From: Octopus sinensis
Taxonomy: Eukaryota
Direction: 5' to 3'
Length of the DNA: 64,000 bases
NCBI RefSeq assembly: GCF_006345805.1
Contig: NC_043002.1
Location: 84,382,001 to 84,446,000, forward strand
Shown piece by piece: positions 63,542-64,000 of the stretch. The notes beneath the pieces are model-generated. The model made no database searches, was not told the DNA's origin, and was given only the letters and a program-made list of their open reading frames with translations. Numbering within the stretch: position 1 is the first letter of the stretch; each line of letters opens with the position of its first letter. The translations under genes were made by a program, and so were the position numbers.

Positions 63542-64000
63542 CTAAACAAAAAGGAAAAAAAAAATGTTTTAAGAATAAACTAAGAACTTCTGCATTCAGT
63601 TTAATAGTTGATAAGTATTAGTAAACAAGAAGAGATTAAAAAGCACAGATCTTCACAGAATTCTGCCTGAAGCACCCCATATAAACCCCTCATTACTTTA
63701 ATTTTGAGAAAATGTTTGTGCATATGTTCTACACATACAATTATGTAAAAAGAAAGTTTTTTCGAAAATTTTTTGAATTTTTTTAAAAATCAGAATTTGA
63801 AATATGGACAGTATAAATTTTTTGCTTAAATTCCAGCAACAGACCATTAAATGCATTTATGGGGAGAAAGATATTGAAAAACATCAATACATCAGCGTGA
63901 CAAAGAAATGAAGTGGGGTATGAAATGTGCTAAAAATAACAGCCAAATAACACTTAAATCACGCACTTAATTTTTCTTTTTGGTTTTTGCGTAATTGTAT

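Overview
AT-rich, microsatellite- and SINE-dense eukaryotic genomic DNA. The repeat families suggest a coleoid cephalopod, probably Octopus (inference). The window is dominated by one minus-strand spliced gene, INTS2 (Integrator complex subunit 2). I traced 22 coding exons by hand from 63541 down to the stop codon at 15816-15818. All introns are GT-AG and the phases are consistent: 3223 nt, about 1073 aa plus stop. The N-terminal exon(s), roughly 105 aa, lie beyond position 64000. Introns and the downstream 15 kb are filled with tRNA-derived SINEs, decayed LINEs (R4/Dong-like, RTE-like, CR1-like), mariners, several MITE families and simple repeats. I found no novel protein-coding system. The unusual features are structural: a higher-order tandem array grown from a retroposon (58.7-60.6 kb), near-perfect intronic hairpins and inverted repeat pairs that could be ADAR substrates, two locally templated insertions, an 8-bp-TSD MITE pair, and a possible Polinton/PolB-like fragment. 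Repeat boundaries are approximate (about +/-20 bp) unless a TSD is quoted. Protein family calls are from recalled motifs, not database searches.
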